The position numbers and the translations under genes were made by a program. From Klebsormidium nitens (Eukaryota > Plantae > Klebsormidiophyceae), in assembly GCA_000708835.1 (NCBI GenBank), contig DF237147.1, positions 1-64,000 of the forward strand: a stretch of DNA of 64,000 bases. Direction: 5' to 3'. Below, piece after piece: positions 36,001-49,099 of this stretch (the stretch's first letter is position 1; every line of letters begins with the position of its first letter). The notes under the pieces are model-generated. The model searched no databases, was not told the origin of the DNA, and saw nothing but the letters and a program-made list of their open reading frames with translations.

Positions 36001-39000
36001 GCCTCCATCTCGGCACGGCGCTCGGCGTACTCGGCCTTGAAGTTCTTCTCAATGACGTTCTTGAGGGTGATGCTGCGCAAGGGGCGAATAGATATGTGTC
36101 AGCGTCGGGTAACCGTAGACGGGACAGGGACGGTCCCAACCTGCCCGGCAGGGCGACTCGGGGGGGAGCCAGGAGGAGGCCTGGACGCAGAGACACGGCG
36201 TAGGTAAAGAATAGAGGCGGCTCCGACAAAAAGGGTGGTCCTCACCTCACGGGATGACTGCGCGGGGTCAAGAAGAGCACCGTGCGACACATGGGGCAGC
36301 GGTTCAGGCCTGCAGCAACCAACGGGCAGCGTGGCGTGAGGCGGTGCGCCAGACGAGGTGGAGCGCTAGGCAGCAGAGCAAGAGGACTCAGCACTAGCGC
36401 TCAACTCCCTTGACCAATCTCCATAACCAATTAATGAACCCCGCAAGCTCCACATGCTGCTGAAGAGCTTATCGGAAACTCAAACCTGTTCAGGCACTTG
36501 AGGCAACTGCCAACGTCAGCAATTAAAGTTGGACCCAGCCGTCCTCTCTGAGCGGACTCGCATCCTTACCGTGGTCCATGGTGCGGGCCAGGCAGTCCTT
36601 GCAAAACGTGTGCCTGGAGAGAGGAACGGTATCAGACAACCAACAGCTGTTAAGCACAACCGCAGCGGTGAGACAAGGGACGCACACAGAGCGGGAAGCT
36701 CCCCAAACAGCACCAGGAATCAAGCAACGACAATCGAGCGGGGACAATAAGACCCCCTGGCGGCCACACGCAGCAGCTGCCCGTCCCTGGATGCCTCACC
36801 CGCAGGACGTTGTGCATGGCTCGTACCTGCAGCCACACACACAGGACAAAGAGAGACTCAGCCCACGAAAGGGGGAGGCCACCTCCTGGACGCCCCTCGG
36901 CAAGAAGTCGCCAATTTTCATTCATGCTTGTCTGCGAGGCATGCTGCAATTGCTGGATCAGGCGCAGGCGGGCGGGGCGGCTCACAGCAGCTTGAGGCAG
37001 AGCGTGCAGTCGAGGTCGTCGCTGTGGGGGATGGCCTGCCGCCGCCGCTTGGCCCCTGGCTCCACCTCCTTGCCCCGCGCGGCCGCGCGCTCGTCCAGCG
37101 CGCGCAGCTCCGCCAGGCCACGCCGCAGCAAAGGACTGCAGAGAGGCGGAAAGGGGAGGGGGCGCAGAGCGTGAGGGAGCATGAGCAGGAAGCAGGCAAG
37201 GCAGGGATGGATGCGCAATGGGCAAGGCACGGCACAGAGTCAAAGAAAGGTTCGTTGTGGGGAAAGGAAAAGGACAGGACTTCATTTTGAATCTGCTTGT
37301 ATGTTCTTAATGTCCAAGAAATTTAAGAAAGCAGAAATTCATACGAACGTCTATCAAGACAATAGGGCTTTCTCCAAAACAAAAAGGGCCATGCACTAAA
37401 AATTTGAGTGTTTGCCTTCAATGATTGAAACCAGTGGCAAAAGGCCCTGGCTCCCAAGTTGATGGAATTCGGATGAGGAAGCCAGGGAGCGGCAAGCCTT
37501 CTGCCAATAAGCAGTGGGCACTGTTTGCTAAGTCCTTACCTGGAGGGATCCAGGTGAAGGCCGTTCAAATACGCCTCCTCCGCTGCGTCATACTGCTCCA
37601 GCTGCAGGGGGCAGCGGGGCATTTGGCTTCTTCAGTCACGCTACTTGATTTGAGTGCAAGCTCAGACGTGCAAAACTGCCGCAAAGTGGACCTTGCCAGA
37701 AGAGTCCACCCATACAGGAACCACAACAAGTGGCGGCCTCAGGGCTGCCCACCCAGCGGGGCTGTCCCGGAGGGAGAGGGAGCGGTTGCCCCTACCAGGA
37801 AGCAGGCGTCTGCGCGGCAGGCAAAAGCGACAGGAGAGTCCGCCTGCAACTCGATGGCGCGGTCGGCGTCCTTGAGCGCCAGCTGCAGTGCCGACAGGCA
37901 GGCACACCATGAGGAATGGGCAGGGCACCCAGGCAATGCTCCCAGGGCAGCGCAACACAAAACCACAGCAGGGGGCAAAGCGGCTGAGCCGAGGGCATGC
38001 ACAAAGTGGCTGCCCTTGTGGCAACTGCACAAGTTGAGATAGTAGGGCGCCAGACCAGCCCTCTTGGCCCAACTAACACGTAGGCAAGTGGTGCATCAGC
38101 AAACGGGCTTGCCTGCGCCAGGGACAGCGGGTCTAGCCCGTACAGTGCCCGGCTCTCGGACTGGGCTGCCGGGATCACTCGCAGCTGGCGGCTGAGCCTG
38201 CACACGCACACACAAGGACCAGTCAGACCCAGCACAAAAGCCCCGATTTCGAGGGGCCATCACACAGTCAAGAGGCGATGTTGACCGGTATATAAAGAAA
38301 GCAGTACTTGATGGTTGTGGCCTGACTGCAAGTTGGCCACATTAGGCGTCGTAACCAGCAGGAGGGGCTTACCGTGCAAACGCGGCAGAGCGGTTTTGCA
38401 GTACCCCATGGGCTTGCTTGGGCCGCAAGCGCAGGGCTAGTGTGTACTCATCGATCGCCTGCACCCAAGAAGGCAGCGTCAGCCAGGGGAGCGGGCAATC
38501 TCAGCCTACGTGGCAAAAGTGCGGGGCGCCGGATGCTCAAGAGCAGGGCCATCAGGCTTGGCGACGCGGCGCCGCTGCAGGCAGGCTCACCTGCTCCGTC
38601 TTGCCTGCCTCAAGGTGCGCATTCCCTTGCTGCCAGGCTGCAGTGAAGTCGGCGACGGCGGCATCCTCCCCCTCCTGCGCCAGGGCAAGGACAGTTACAC
38701 TCAGCGACAGGGCACTGCCAGGGAAGAACACCAGGGGGGAGGTACCAAGCATGGGGGAGGAGCCGTACAGTTGGGCACAAGGGGCACCTCGGTCAGTGTG
38801 CGCAGCAACAGCCGAATGCAGGTACAAGCAGGCATAATGCACTGGAGCTATTCCACACAAGCAACATCATGTCACAACATTATTTTCAGCAGCGCCTCGC
38901 AGAGCCCACCTCCCCTCCACGTTGCGGCGGGTAGCATACGGGAAATGCCGTCTGAGGCCCATCCTCCACCGCACCCCCAGAAGCAACGCTGAGGGGCCCG

Positions 39001-39044
39001 GGCCAAGCGGAACCCACACAATCCTCAGACTCCAGGGAACCCAT
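33070..39044 (-). CDS. LONRF: TPR-RING(C3HC4)-Lon N-terminal domain protein (LONRF-type E3 ligase), 20 exons
   Basis: TPR (AIDEYTLALRLRP..VLQNRSAAFAR; LALKDADRAIEL), RING ([25 protein letters not shown]...CPMCR) and LonN (LPLFVMDVVLPGKKMALNIFEPRYRLMTRR; PDGRFYLEVEGRQR). Exons join in phase if one GC-AG intron is used and the N gap is collapsed. Start codon uncertain. Confidence 0.9.
33759..34470. other. Assembly gap (712 N), probably spurious
   Basis: Identical 33-mer CGCTGCACCCACTCGCGCGCCAGAGCTGCCGTC on both sides (33726-33758 and 34471-34503). Confidence 0.9.
37883..38112 (-). other. GC-AG intron in LONRF
   Basis: Donor CAG|GCAAGC joins LDPLSLAQ to LALKDADRAI in frame. Confidence 0.8.
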
Positions 39045-40049
39045 CTCGCACGGATTCTCGTCTTCCTCACTTCCGAGCTGATCGAAGGCACGACAACTCA
39101 CGGCCACCTCATGGTGAAACGCTCAGGCTCCATGCTGCCGCCGGCGCAAGATCTATCGAGAGCAAACCCACAATGAGCGAAGTTTTGGTACCTGATATGA
39201 CATCATCGTGAAAGCTCTTGGAACAGCCCGCCCCCCATCGTCAAGACGTCATTGAAGACGTGTTTTGCGGGGGGACCAGTCACCAATCGCGTTTCGAGGG
39301 CGTCAGGTCGAAATCAGGCCGGTAATGGATCCTGGTGGCGGAAACAGTTGGCTTAGCTCAAACTAGGTTCGGAGAAGAATGCCTTACATCAATCTTCCTT
39401 GCACCAGGGATTGCTCGACACTTGGCGGACTCTCCAGGGGTCAAATCTTCGGTGAAGGCCTCTCATTCGCCGGAGCCAAGCTGGTCAGGTGGTGAGTGAG
39501 TTCCTCGATGAGACAAAGATGGAGGATGCAGCCGGGGAAATCGACGCTCGAGCCTCTTTCCTTGGATCCTCGAGGCCAACCGGGGCTTCTATATCTCTGT
39601 GGCAGCCGGCTGACACTTCCGGGAAGCCGTGATTTCTTGTCCTCAAGGCTCACAGCAATATCAACCGGGCACGAACCGAAGTCACCGAGGGCGCCCAGTA
39701 CTCCTGCCTCGAGATCCTTGTCGAAGGCTGGCGGTCACGCGTGCACTTGGCAAAACATTCACCGGAAGAGGATCGAAACATTCTGCAGCGAGCTCGCCAC
39801 GACGCCAGCCTGCAACAGTCTGAGTCTGCCAATGCTGGCCAGCGTGAACTCAGAACAGAATTTCGAAGGAGGTGCATGGCGGCGGAAAGGGAAGGCCAGA
39901 GCTACAGCGAGTGCTGAACAGACCGGCGCCCTCCGTGTGGTGGAGACGAGGTGATTGTAGGGCGGCGAGGATCCTGATACAATTCAAGGTTGCCAGATTG
40001 CCGAGATTGCTCAAGCGGAGCTGCCTTGGAACGAGCAGTGTTTTCCGCT

Positions 40050-42228
40050 ATGACGTCGTTGTCTGCGCACCTTCCCAAGGCGTCTGCAGGTGTGACTGCA
40101 TTGAAGAACGCTTCTTCTGGAAGTAGTTTCGTCAAGACAGACGATGTTGCACTATTGAAAGCGCTCGGACCGTTGCGAGGGCACCGCTGGCAGCAGGCGC
40201 GCCCGCCCCCTGTTGCTCAAGCTGCCCTAGCCCCTCAGAGCATGCCCAACTTCTCCCTTCACAATGTCCGCTTGATCGGCGAGGCGTGTGGAGAGACGCC
40301 CAAGTTTCGCCAGATCCGCATGTCATCTGCCTTGCAATTGCCCCCGGCCATCAGCACTGCCATCTGTGAGTCAGTGCCAGGCGCAGGGGCCGGTGTGCCT
40401 GAACGGTGGGGAGTGCCTGGCTGTGCAGCACCGCTTGCGGAGCAGAAGGCGGCCGTGGTTAAGGTGGTTGGAGTGGGATATGGCGGGAGCAAGGCCATCC
40501 AAGCCATGCTGCAGCAGCCAGGCCTTGAGGCCGCAGAGTTCTTTCTGGTGGCAGCAGACTCAGAGTCCACCCTAGACACCGATACCCTGCTGCGAGAGGA
40601 GAACCAGATCATTGTAGGACTCGACAAATTGATGGGTGGCCAGCTCAAGTCACAGGCGGAATTGGAGGACGACCTTGAATCACGTCTGGAAGGGGCAGAT
40701 CTTGTTGTGGTTGTGGCAGGTGAGCGTTATTTCAAAGTGCACAGTGACTGTGGTACTGGTTGGATCTAGACCCTCTGATTGCAAGTTGCGCTGCTGCTCT
40801 TGAGGGGACATGAGTATGAATCTTTCCCCACGATGTCTGACTGTTCCTAACATGCAATTGTGTTTGCCAGGCATGGGTGGGAACACCGGCAGCATCCCGC
40901 CAGTTGTTGCGAAAGTAGCCAGGCGGGTTGGCGCATTGACAGTGGGTCTGGTCACGAAACCATTTGCATTTGAAGGTGAGTGTGGCATTCTCATACAGCT
41001 TGCTTCTGGCCAGATTGTGTATTGTGTGTTGATGCTACAGCCTTGATGTTGGGAAACCATGCACTTCAGTCCAGATTCTGGTACATGGTTAGAGCCCATG
41101 GTCTGACCTGGTTGTTTTTCTGTTGTGTGGCGCAGGCCCCCGGCGCGCTTCCCTAGCTGAGAAGCACGTTGCAATGATGAAGAAGCGTACGGACACGCTG
41201 GTGGTCGTTCCTTGCGACCAGCTGTTAGAGGGCAAGGACTCCGAGTTTGGGGTGCGGGATGCGTTCAAGCTGGTGGATGCGCAGCTGAGGGACGCGGTCA
41301 AGGGCCTTGCCGACATGCTCATTGTGAGGCACAGCAGGGCCCCGGAAAGCTTTGTGCCTCCTCGATTCGGAATTTAAGCACTTGCGCGACTACTGTCAAA
41401 TGTTTGATCCGTGGTCAATGCAAACCCTTATCTAAGTAGCTCACCACCAATGTCTGAACCACGCACTGGCGTACCTCTGAAGCATGCCCAGATGCATTGT
41501 TTGCTCGCGAATATGTTGTTGTTAAGCCGACTCCCTTCTGTGCAGGGTTCTGGCCTGGTGAGCCCCAACCAGGTGGACGTGCAAAGTTTGCTCACGGATG
41601 CGGGGATGGCCCATCTAGGGGTGGGGTGTGCCTCAGGTGGGCATTAATTTCCAGCCTGCATTGACTGCAGCAGGGGGATCAATAGACGCCAGGGCATTCC
41701 TCTCTCCTTCTGGTAGTGCTCCAGGGCCCAGACATATGGAGTGTGTTCTGGATTACAGACTGCGGCATTTAATTTAAGCTGACTGTTAGATCTGTGATGT
41801 TGGTCGTCTGGTTGTCGAATCTGGAGTTCTGCACAGACTTACCTACTTTCTTGTGCTTTTGTGCAGGTCCAGAGCGCGCGTCTGAAGCTGCACATGCTGC
41901 CGTGGCATCTCCTGCTTTGCAGAGAAGTATGGAAACAGCGCAGGGAGTCATGTACAGCATAACAGGAGACGCAAGTCTCCAATTGTATGAAATCGCAGAA
42001 ATTTCAGAGATCATTCATAGTCACGTGGGGGGTTTTGCCCGTGCTAATGTCCTGTTCGCAGCATCAGCAGATGCAAGCATGGCAGGGAGGGTACTTGTTT
42101 CGGTGATCGCAGCAGGCTTGCCCGAACCAAGAATTGTGCCGGTAAATCTGAAGCAGCAAACGGGGGCCAGGTCGCAAGGTGCAAGGTTGTCAAAGCGGAG
42201 TTCAAGTATCCTTTGGAGCAGTCGGTAG
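40050..42228 (+). CDS. Divergent FtsZ homologue with long N-terminal extension (probable plastid transit peptide), 5 exons, 471 aa
   Basis: Exons 40050-40719, 40871-40975, 41136-41323, 41546-41636, 41867-42228 in phase (1416 nt). FtsZ scaffold is colinear: [80 protein letters not shown]. Nucleotide motifs are altered (see findings). Confidence 0.9.
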
Positions 42229-44523
42229 CATTGGCTCATGCTGGTGAGGTTGCACAAACTGTAAAGCTAGCTCGCACGCGCTCGCATAGGTCGGAAGTTT
42301 TGTACTAAACCTGTGTACAATACAACGTTTTTGACAGTTTGACCCGAGTTCAACAAGAGTTTCTTGGTTACCAAGCTCAGTGTGATCATGCAGAGTTGGC
42401 AGCAATATGTTCATGTTGTCGATTGCTTGGGTCGCTGTTACTACGGTGTAAGTCTGCTCATCTATTGGTGATCAAGCAATGACTTGCAGCTTTCATGCAT
42501 ATTTCGACAGTAACATATGCTCCAGTATGCTCCATGGATGCATTCTTTAGTATCTACTCAATTGAGTGCTGGCATTAAATTGCACCGACCATGCAACGAA
42601 GTCGATTGTGTACGCTTGCGATGCTTCGATCATCTTGAGCACTGTCTTCAGCGGAGCCGCAATTTTTGCAACTTCCATACCCTATTAGTCACGTCCAGTT
42701 TAAGAAGTGCGAATGTCCACGGCTACATCCTTTAAGGAGTGAATCTTGCTCTTCTAATTTGAATATAGCGTAAGCTGATATAGCGAAGTGATACGTAAGC
42801 AAGGTGACTGCGATGGTACAGCTCTTTTCAAGCAACCTGCATGCCGGGTTTTAGGTAGAGGGCCGGAAGTTACTTCTTTCCTACATAATGTCGCAGGCTC
42901 AACTATTCTACTCATCTAACTTTTAAAGCTTCCCTCTCTAATACAACTCGGCAGGCTGCTCGCAAAAAACTGTAACTTCTCCTTTATGAACGCCCTTAGC
43001 CACGCAGGATAGTTTGTTGACTCCTACGTTCAGCTTTCTACAGTTGCAAGTCACTTTTTCCAAAGATACTTAAGTAAGTGACTCGTGGTATGAGTAAGTG
43101 ATTCATGGTATACGAGGATCTCTCATGTCTCTTGGCGCAAGTCGCACATCTGCAACTAGGATCCGACTAAGTGTCGGACGTGATTGGACGTTAGGTAACC
43201 TGCTATAGCTTGTTCGAACTAATCGCAAATGTGCAACTTATGCCGTGCCTTGGTGCTGATTCCTCAAGTGACGTTCTCTTTTTCAACGCCGTAGAAGCGA
43301 CCATGGCACATATACATATGGGCATACATCTTTCACAATATTTGAACTTCGACGTGCCAGCTAGGCTGGCTATTGAACTTATTGACCGAAGCTGCATGGG
43401 CGTGCTGGTTGATTCAATCCAAAATTAATTAGCCTAATATGTTCATTGAGCTTCATTGAATATCTCAAAGAATCGTGCTATATTGAAACTTCTAGTTATG
43501 ATATTTGAGAATACCGCTTGCTGGCAGGTTGTTCAATGGCACTAGATTGGCAACTTCTCTGTTGGATGTAAACTGCAGTTTAATTGAAATGCATATAAAG
43601 GTCATGGGTGTCGATGCAAGAAGGTTCCCACAGTGCATGCCTATCATCGACTTATGAGCCTGTGACTGCGCCAGAACAAAGCGGGTTGGCATACCATGGA
43701 GACAGAGCAGGAGATGTTAATTTATGACACATGATCCATAACAAACCTGAGAGCTCGGAAAGCTATGTGTATATAGCTTGAATTTAGGTAGCGAAGCAAC
43801 TTCAGTCGTAGTGCACGCAGCAGCTTCACCGCAAAGAAACTCTGCATATTGTGGGTTCGTTCGAATAATCGACGCACGCAACTGATCGTGTAAACACTAT
43901 GCGGCCAATAAAGTGCACTCAAGCCAGTGAGCTGTCACTTGACAGAAAGTTTCTAGCCCTCAGCATGTGCATGCGTCAGTACTGTCATTGACATATTGAC
44001 GGAGGTAACCGAGGAAACAAAAGTAGAATCTACCACCACTTACACAACCTGTTTTGCTGATCTTCAATCGCTTTGAACACGTGAGTTAGTGACCGACTTT
44101 CTACACTAAACAAAAGTTCGTCACCTACATCCTCTCGCGCTATGTACGTTGCGGTCCAGCTGCCGGTCTAACGCTCCTAATTCGCCCAAACGTTTGCTTC
44201 TCATGGGAGCAAATCTATTCTCCGCGAATACGAACGCTGACAACCCGTGAAGAGCGAAGACCAACGGACAACCCGTGAAAAGCTAACGCAAGCGAAAAGT
44301 CAACAGGTATTTTACTTGGTGAAGGAAAGCCTGCTCCACTCAAACTCGCAAAACCGGCTGCAGACTGGACTGATCCTGACAACGAAGTTTGACGCACCTC
44401 TCGCAATAAGGCCTCATTGTGGACATCCCCTAGCATGCGGTCTTGTGAGTTTTTCACAACCTTTCCTGCAGACTTGCGAAGCAGGGCGCTCCCGTGGACA
44501 TCCGGGAGTAGGGAGCTCGAGCC

Positions 44524-47500
44524 TCACACCCACGCTGGGTTCTTGAGGGCCGTGACCACAGCCTTAACCTGCGCGGCAGTAACGAAGACGGCAAGAACCC
44601 AGTCAAGACGTGGTCACTGCCTGAGCCTCAGGGGGCGGCTGCTTAACGCATCAAAAGTCCTTACTGCGCTGGCGTCGCTTGCTCACTTGGACAACGTCTC
44701 TGGGCGCCGGACGTGGCATGCGGTCCACAATGTGCACTTGCGCAGCTCGAGTACGCGAGCTTACCTGCGTGAAGTTCTCGAGTGCGTACTCGCCGTGCTC
44801 CCGCCCAATCCCGCTCATCTTGTAGCCACCTGCGCAGGGCAAGGGAGTGGCGTGAGACGGTGTACTGAACCAGGATTTGCAACAAACACGCCCTGAATTT
44901 CAGCTCAGCGCATGGTGCGTTTGGTCGCTGCAATGCGGCCTCCAAGCGGGGTGGCTCACCAAAGGGGATGGAGGCATCGAAGTTGTCAAATGTGTTGATC
45001 CACACGGTGCCCACGCGCAGCGCGCGCGAGAGGTAGTGCGCCGTGTCCAGGTTCTTGGTGAAGATGCCCGCCGCCAGGCCGTAGCAGCTGCGGTTCGCGC
45101 GCTCCACCACCTGCACGCCAAGCCCGCCACGAGTCAGAGCGAGCAGCGCCCCGCAGCAGGAAGGTGCCGGCTCCCCTTCCACACAGATGGATCATCGAGA
45201 GTCAAGGCGGATGCTTTGAAAGTCAGGGTAGCCTATTGGAGTCGTGGTGACGTGGGGTCCTGGAAACGACGATTACCAGGCTTCAGGCTAAGCGAACAAG
45301 AATCTTCAATCTGCCGACTGGGAGACAACGAGCAGTCTCAATAGACTGAAAGCCAGAAGCATGACCCAGACTCTTCGACAGCACAGGACAGCATAGCGGG
45401 CCTAGATGTTGGGCGTGCTCACCTCTTCCAGCGTCTTGAACTTGAAGGCGCACATGACGGGCCCGAAGATCTCCTCCTTAGCGATGCTCATGTCGTCCGC
45501 GACGCCTGCCCACACAGCATGGACGAGCGGGTCAGAAGAGGAGCACACGCACCACGGGCACCACAGCGTAAATACAGCTCTGCCAAAACTTCTGAGGAGC
45601 AGATTCAGATGAGAGACATCTCCTTGCCACACGCAGCGTGCTGGAGGGGCCCTCGCCGGGTCCTCCCGTTTTCTGTCAGCTTGCGGTCGCTGTGGTGGCT
45701 GACCCGTGAAGATGGTGGGCTCGATGTAGAAGCCCTTGTCGCCGACGCGCTTGCCGCCGGTGGCGAGCTTGGCGCCCTCCTTCTGGCCGGCCGCGATGTA
45801 GCCCAGGATCTTGGTCATCTGCTCGCCGTCCACCTGCGGGCCCTGCTCGCTCGCCGCCTCGAACGGATCCCCAACCTTGCGCCGCTGCGCGCGCGCCACC
45901 GCCTTCTCCACGTACTGGTCGTAGATGCTCTCGTGCACGAACGTGCGCGACCCCGCGCAGCAGCACTGCCCCTGCACCCACCGCAGCATGCGAAGGTCGG
46001 CCCACGACGCACGGCACGTGAACCTCACCTCGAGATGTCAACCGAGATTTGAGTATAAGCAAGAAATACACCAAGAAGTAAAGAAGCGGCAGACAAACGA
46101 GCAACCTGCAAAAGCTTTTGTCGAAAACGGAATGCAAATTGATTGCTTGTAACCGAATATGCCCGGTTTCCGTGCAAAAATTTCTGACACACAGGTAACT
46201 CTTCGTCTTGTCAGGGCGCGGCTGGCTGCGGGCTTGCCTGGTTGAAGAAAAGCGCAAAGTGCGACAGCTCGACTGCCTCGTCCAGGTCCGCATCCTCGCA
46301 CACAATGAACGGTGACTTGCCGCCCAGCTCCAACGTCACGCGCTGCATGCACAGGCCGCACAGCATCAGGAGCAAGGCCGAGACCCACCCCCGCACACAA
46401 CAACGACGAACCAAGGGTCGTAGGCCCTTGTCAAGCACAGACACCAAAGAAGAGATCGAAAAACCTAGTGGACAGGCTTTGGCAGCGCCATCCCGTGAGC
46501 TATGACCAAACCTGCGTCCTTAGACTCCTTCTGCCAAAATTGCTTACGAGCCTTGAAGGAGATAGGCTCGAGATCTCCCGGGCCTCTTCGTGCGCACCTT
46601 GAGGTTGGTCTCCCCGGCCATGGTCATGATTTTCTGGCCGACTTCCGTGGACCCAGTGAACGCAACCTGCACAGGCAGCGATTGGCCATGTGAACCTTCT
46701 TCAGAGTGAGCTAACAAGATTCTGTGCAAAAAGGACGACATGGGCTTAACCACAAACATGGAATGTATAACGTTGCAAATGACACTTGACTACCAATAAC
46801 TGCACCTGAAAGTGAGCCCCTCCAACTGATGCAATCTCGACAAGCGGCGGCCCTCACCTTGTCCACGTCCAGGTGGCGTGCCAACGCGGCACCCGCAGTC
46901 GGCCCATAGCCGGAGAGGATGTTCAGCACGCCGGGAGGGACGCCAGCCTGCAACACAAGACGCGAGGAACCTGTCATCAGGCCACAGCGCCGAGGAACAC
47001 CTCAAATATACAAGCAGAGGATTCTTCAGTCTGCAACAGGTGGGGCGAAATTAAGGAGTGGGGGTGAGGCTCACCTCCAGCGCCAGCTGTCCTACATAGA
47101 GTGCGGTGAGCGGGGTTTGCTCTGCGCTCTTGAGTACGATGGTGCAGCCGCATGCCAGCGCCGGGGCCACCTTCCAAGCAAACATGGCCAGCGGGACTGC
47201 AGCCAGGAGCAAGGGCCAAGTATTCTACAAGGCGGGAAGGTGACCGTGTGGGAGCTGAAAAGGACAGCCATCACTGCGGACTATGTGTCCAGAGCCTGTG
47301 CTTCAGTGCATGCAAGCCGGCAATTACATCTTTGCAGCGCACCGTTAAGCAAGAGAATCAGACATGTGTCTGGAACTGGCCAAGTACATGAGTTGCGCCA
47401 CCAAGCAGACCAAGAAGGCGAAGGTTCTCAGACTGCTTGTACTCACAATTCCAGGGGATGATGGCGCCTACAACCCCGATGGGCTCGTGTAGAGTGTAGG

Positions 47501-49099
47501 CCAGGAAGGGGCCGTCCGCCTGAACAAAAAGAAGGAATAAGCAGGCGTGACCCCTGGCGCACCCACACAGAGACCCTCAGCAAGGACTTCACTGACCAGC
47601 CTCGCCTCACAAGCAGGAGAACCATGGGCGAGATAGTCACCCCAATAGACCGCACCCATCATATACACTTGCTTGCCAGGGCAACAGAGCTTGTGACTCT
47701 GGAAAGAGCGAATCAAGTTCCGTCCACTAAGTGTCAAGAACCTGAAAGAGGCAATTACAAATACTGTGGATGAACCTGGTCACTCAGCGTTACTATATAA
47801 TGAAAATCAACAAAATTTCACCTGTATCGTCTTGCCCTGGATTTTGTCAGCCCATCCTGCACAAAAGAACCACCAGACCCGTCAGCATTGCACAAGTGCC
47901 TCCTTTTTCCATCTCTTGGAAAGTGCAGTGCTCCAAGGTAATCAGCCATGATTGCTATAGCAGCGGAGCGCCATTCCTGGCTGCAGGCTCCACTGACCTG
48001 CGAAGTACTGGAAGTGCTTGACCACGTGCGGGACGTCCACCGCCCGCGAAATGGAGAGCGGCTTGCCATTGTCCAGTGTCTCCAGCCTGGCCAGCTCATC
48101 CACGTTCTGCTCAATCAGCTCCGCAAGCTTCCAGATGATCTTGCCGCGCTCCTGCACCCCACATCCACGCCTCAGCAAGTGGCTCTACGCGCGCAGTCAT
48201 GAGATACCAATGATGGAAGTGGTCAACAACGTTAAACATATCCCCAAATTCTGCTAACAAAGAAGCGGCCCGACCCTGCCAGGCAAGGGGCACATGATTT
48301 TGCTCACTCTGGCGGGCATCTTTGGCCAGGGCCCCTCATCGAATGCCTTGCGGGCAGCCTTGACCGCAATGTCCACATCCGCAGCGTCCGCTTCGGCCAC
48401 CTCGACAATCACCTCCTCAGACCGGGGGTCAATAGTGGGGAACTTCTTGCCTGCAACCCGAAGGAGGGGGCGTAGAGGAAAAATGATGACAAGCATTGTC
48501 GTGCGACAGCCTCCAAGATTTGCAGTCAAGTCTTACTATACTCAGATACTTTGCAGACTTTGGTGGACTGAAAATCGGAGGCGCATATTGTAAAACTTCA
48601 ACAATTCAAAATTGGGGTGTCAGGGTGTCATACCAATTGCATGCTGCAGCAATTCAGGATTATGAACCAATGAAATGTTGGACAACCAGACCAAGTCTCT
48701 GAGGCATGCAATGTCATAAAGTGCAACCACCGAGCAGATTTGCATGAAGTCTTAGCTCAGCTTATATATATGTACTTGTTGTTGGCTGGGAAGAGTGCGG
48801 GGTTGAATCGCCCAATATTGCAATAAAGTGCCCAGAAAAGTACCCCAGAACAAATCAAGAAGCCCACGACATGGCAAATAATATGGACCCTTTTGTACAG
48901 CACATTGACGAAAGCAGGCAAGCAAGGCTTTCGACCTTCTTCCATTCTGTAATGCCATACACACGCCCAGCATGCATCAAAGCATCCTTCCTGCTGCCCA
49001 TTAGGGGCGCATACCTGACACGGCGTCGACCCACTTGCCATCGATGAGCAGCTGGGTGTACTTGATCTCCGCAGGAGCTCCGTTTTGCGCGGCCACCAT
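44524..49099 (-). CDS. ALDH2: Aldehyde dehydrogenase family 2, 14 exons
   Basis: [76 protein letters not shown] (catalytic Glu), [13 protein letters not shown] (catalytic Cys), [34 protein letters not shown]. Confidence 0.97.
45972..46237 (-). other. GC-AG intron in ALDH2
   Basis: Donor CAG|GCAAGC joins LFFNQ to GQCCCAG; read-through hits an in-frame TGA after 8 codons. Confidence 0.9.

Noticed and set aside
42230-44520. MORN-repeat exons downstream of the FtsZ-like gene (would make it ARC3), or a separate gene in this spacer
   Set aside because: No YxGxW-type repeats or GC-rich exon-like blocks seen; only short AT-rich ORFs and an imperfect 20-bp tandem at 43073-43112.
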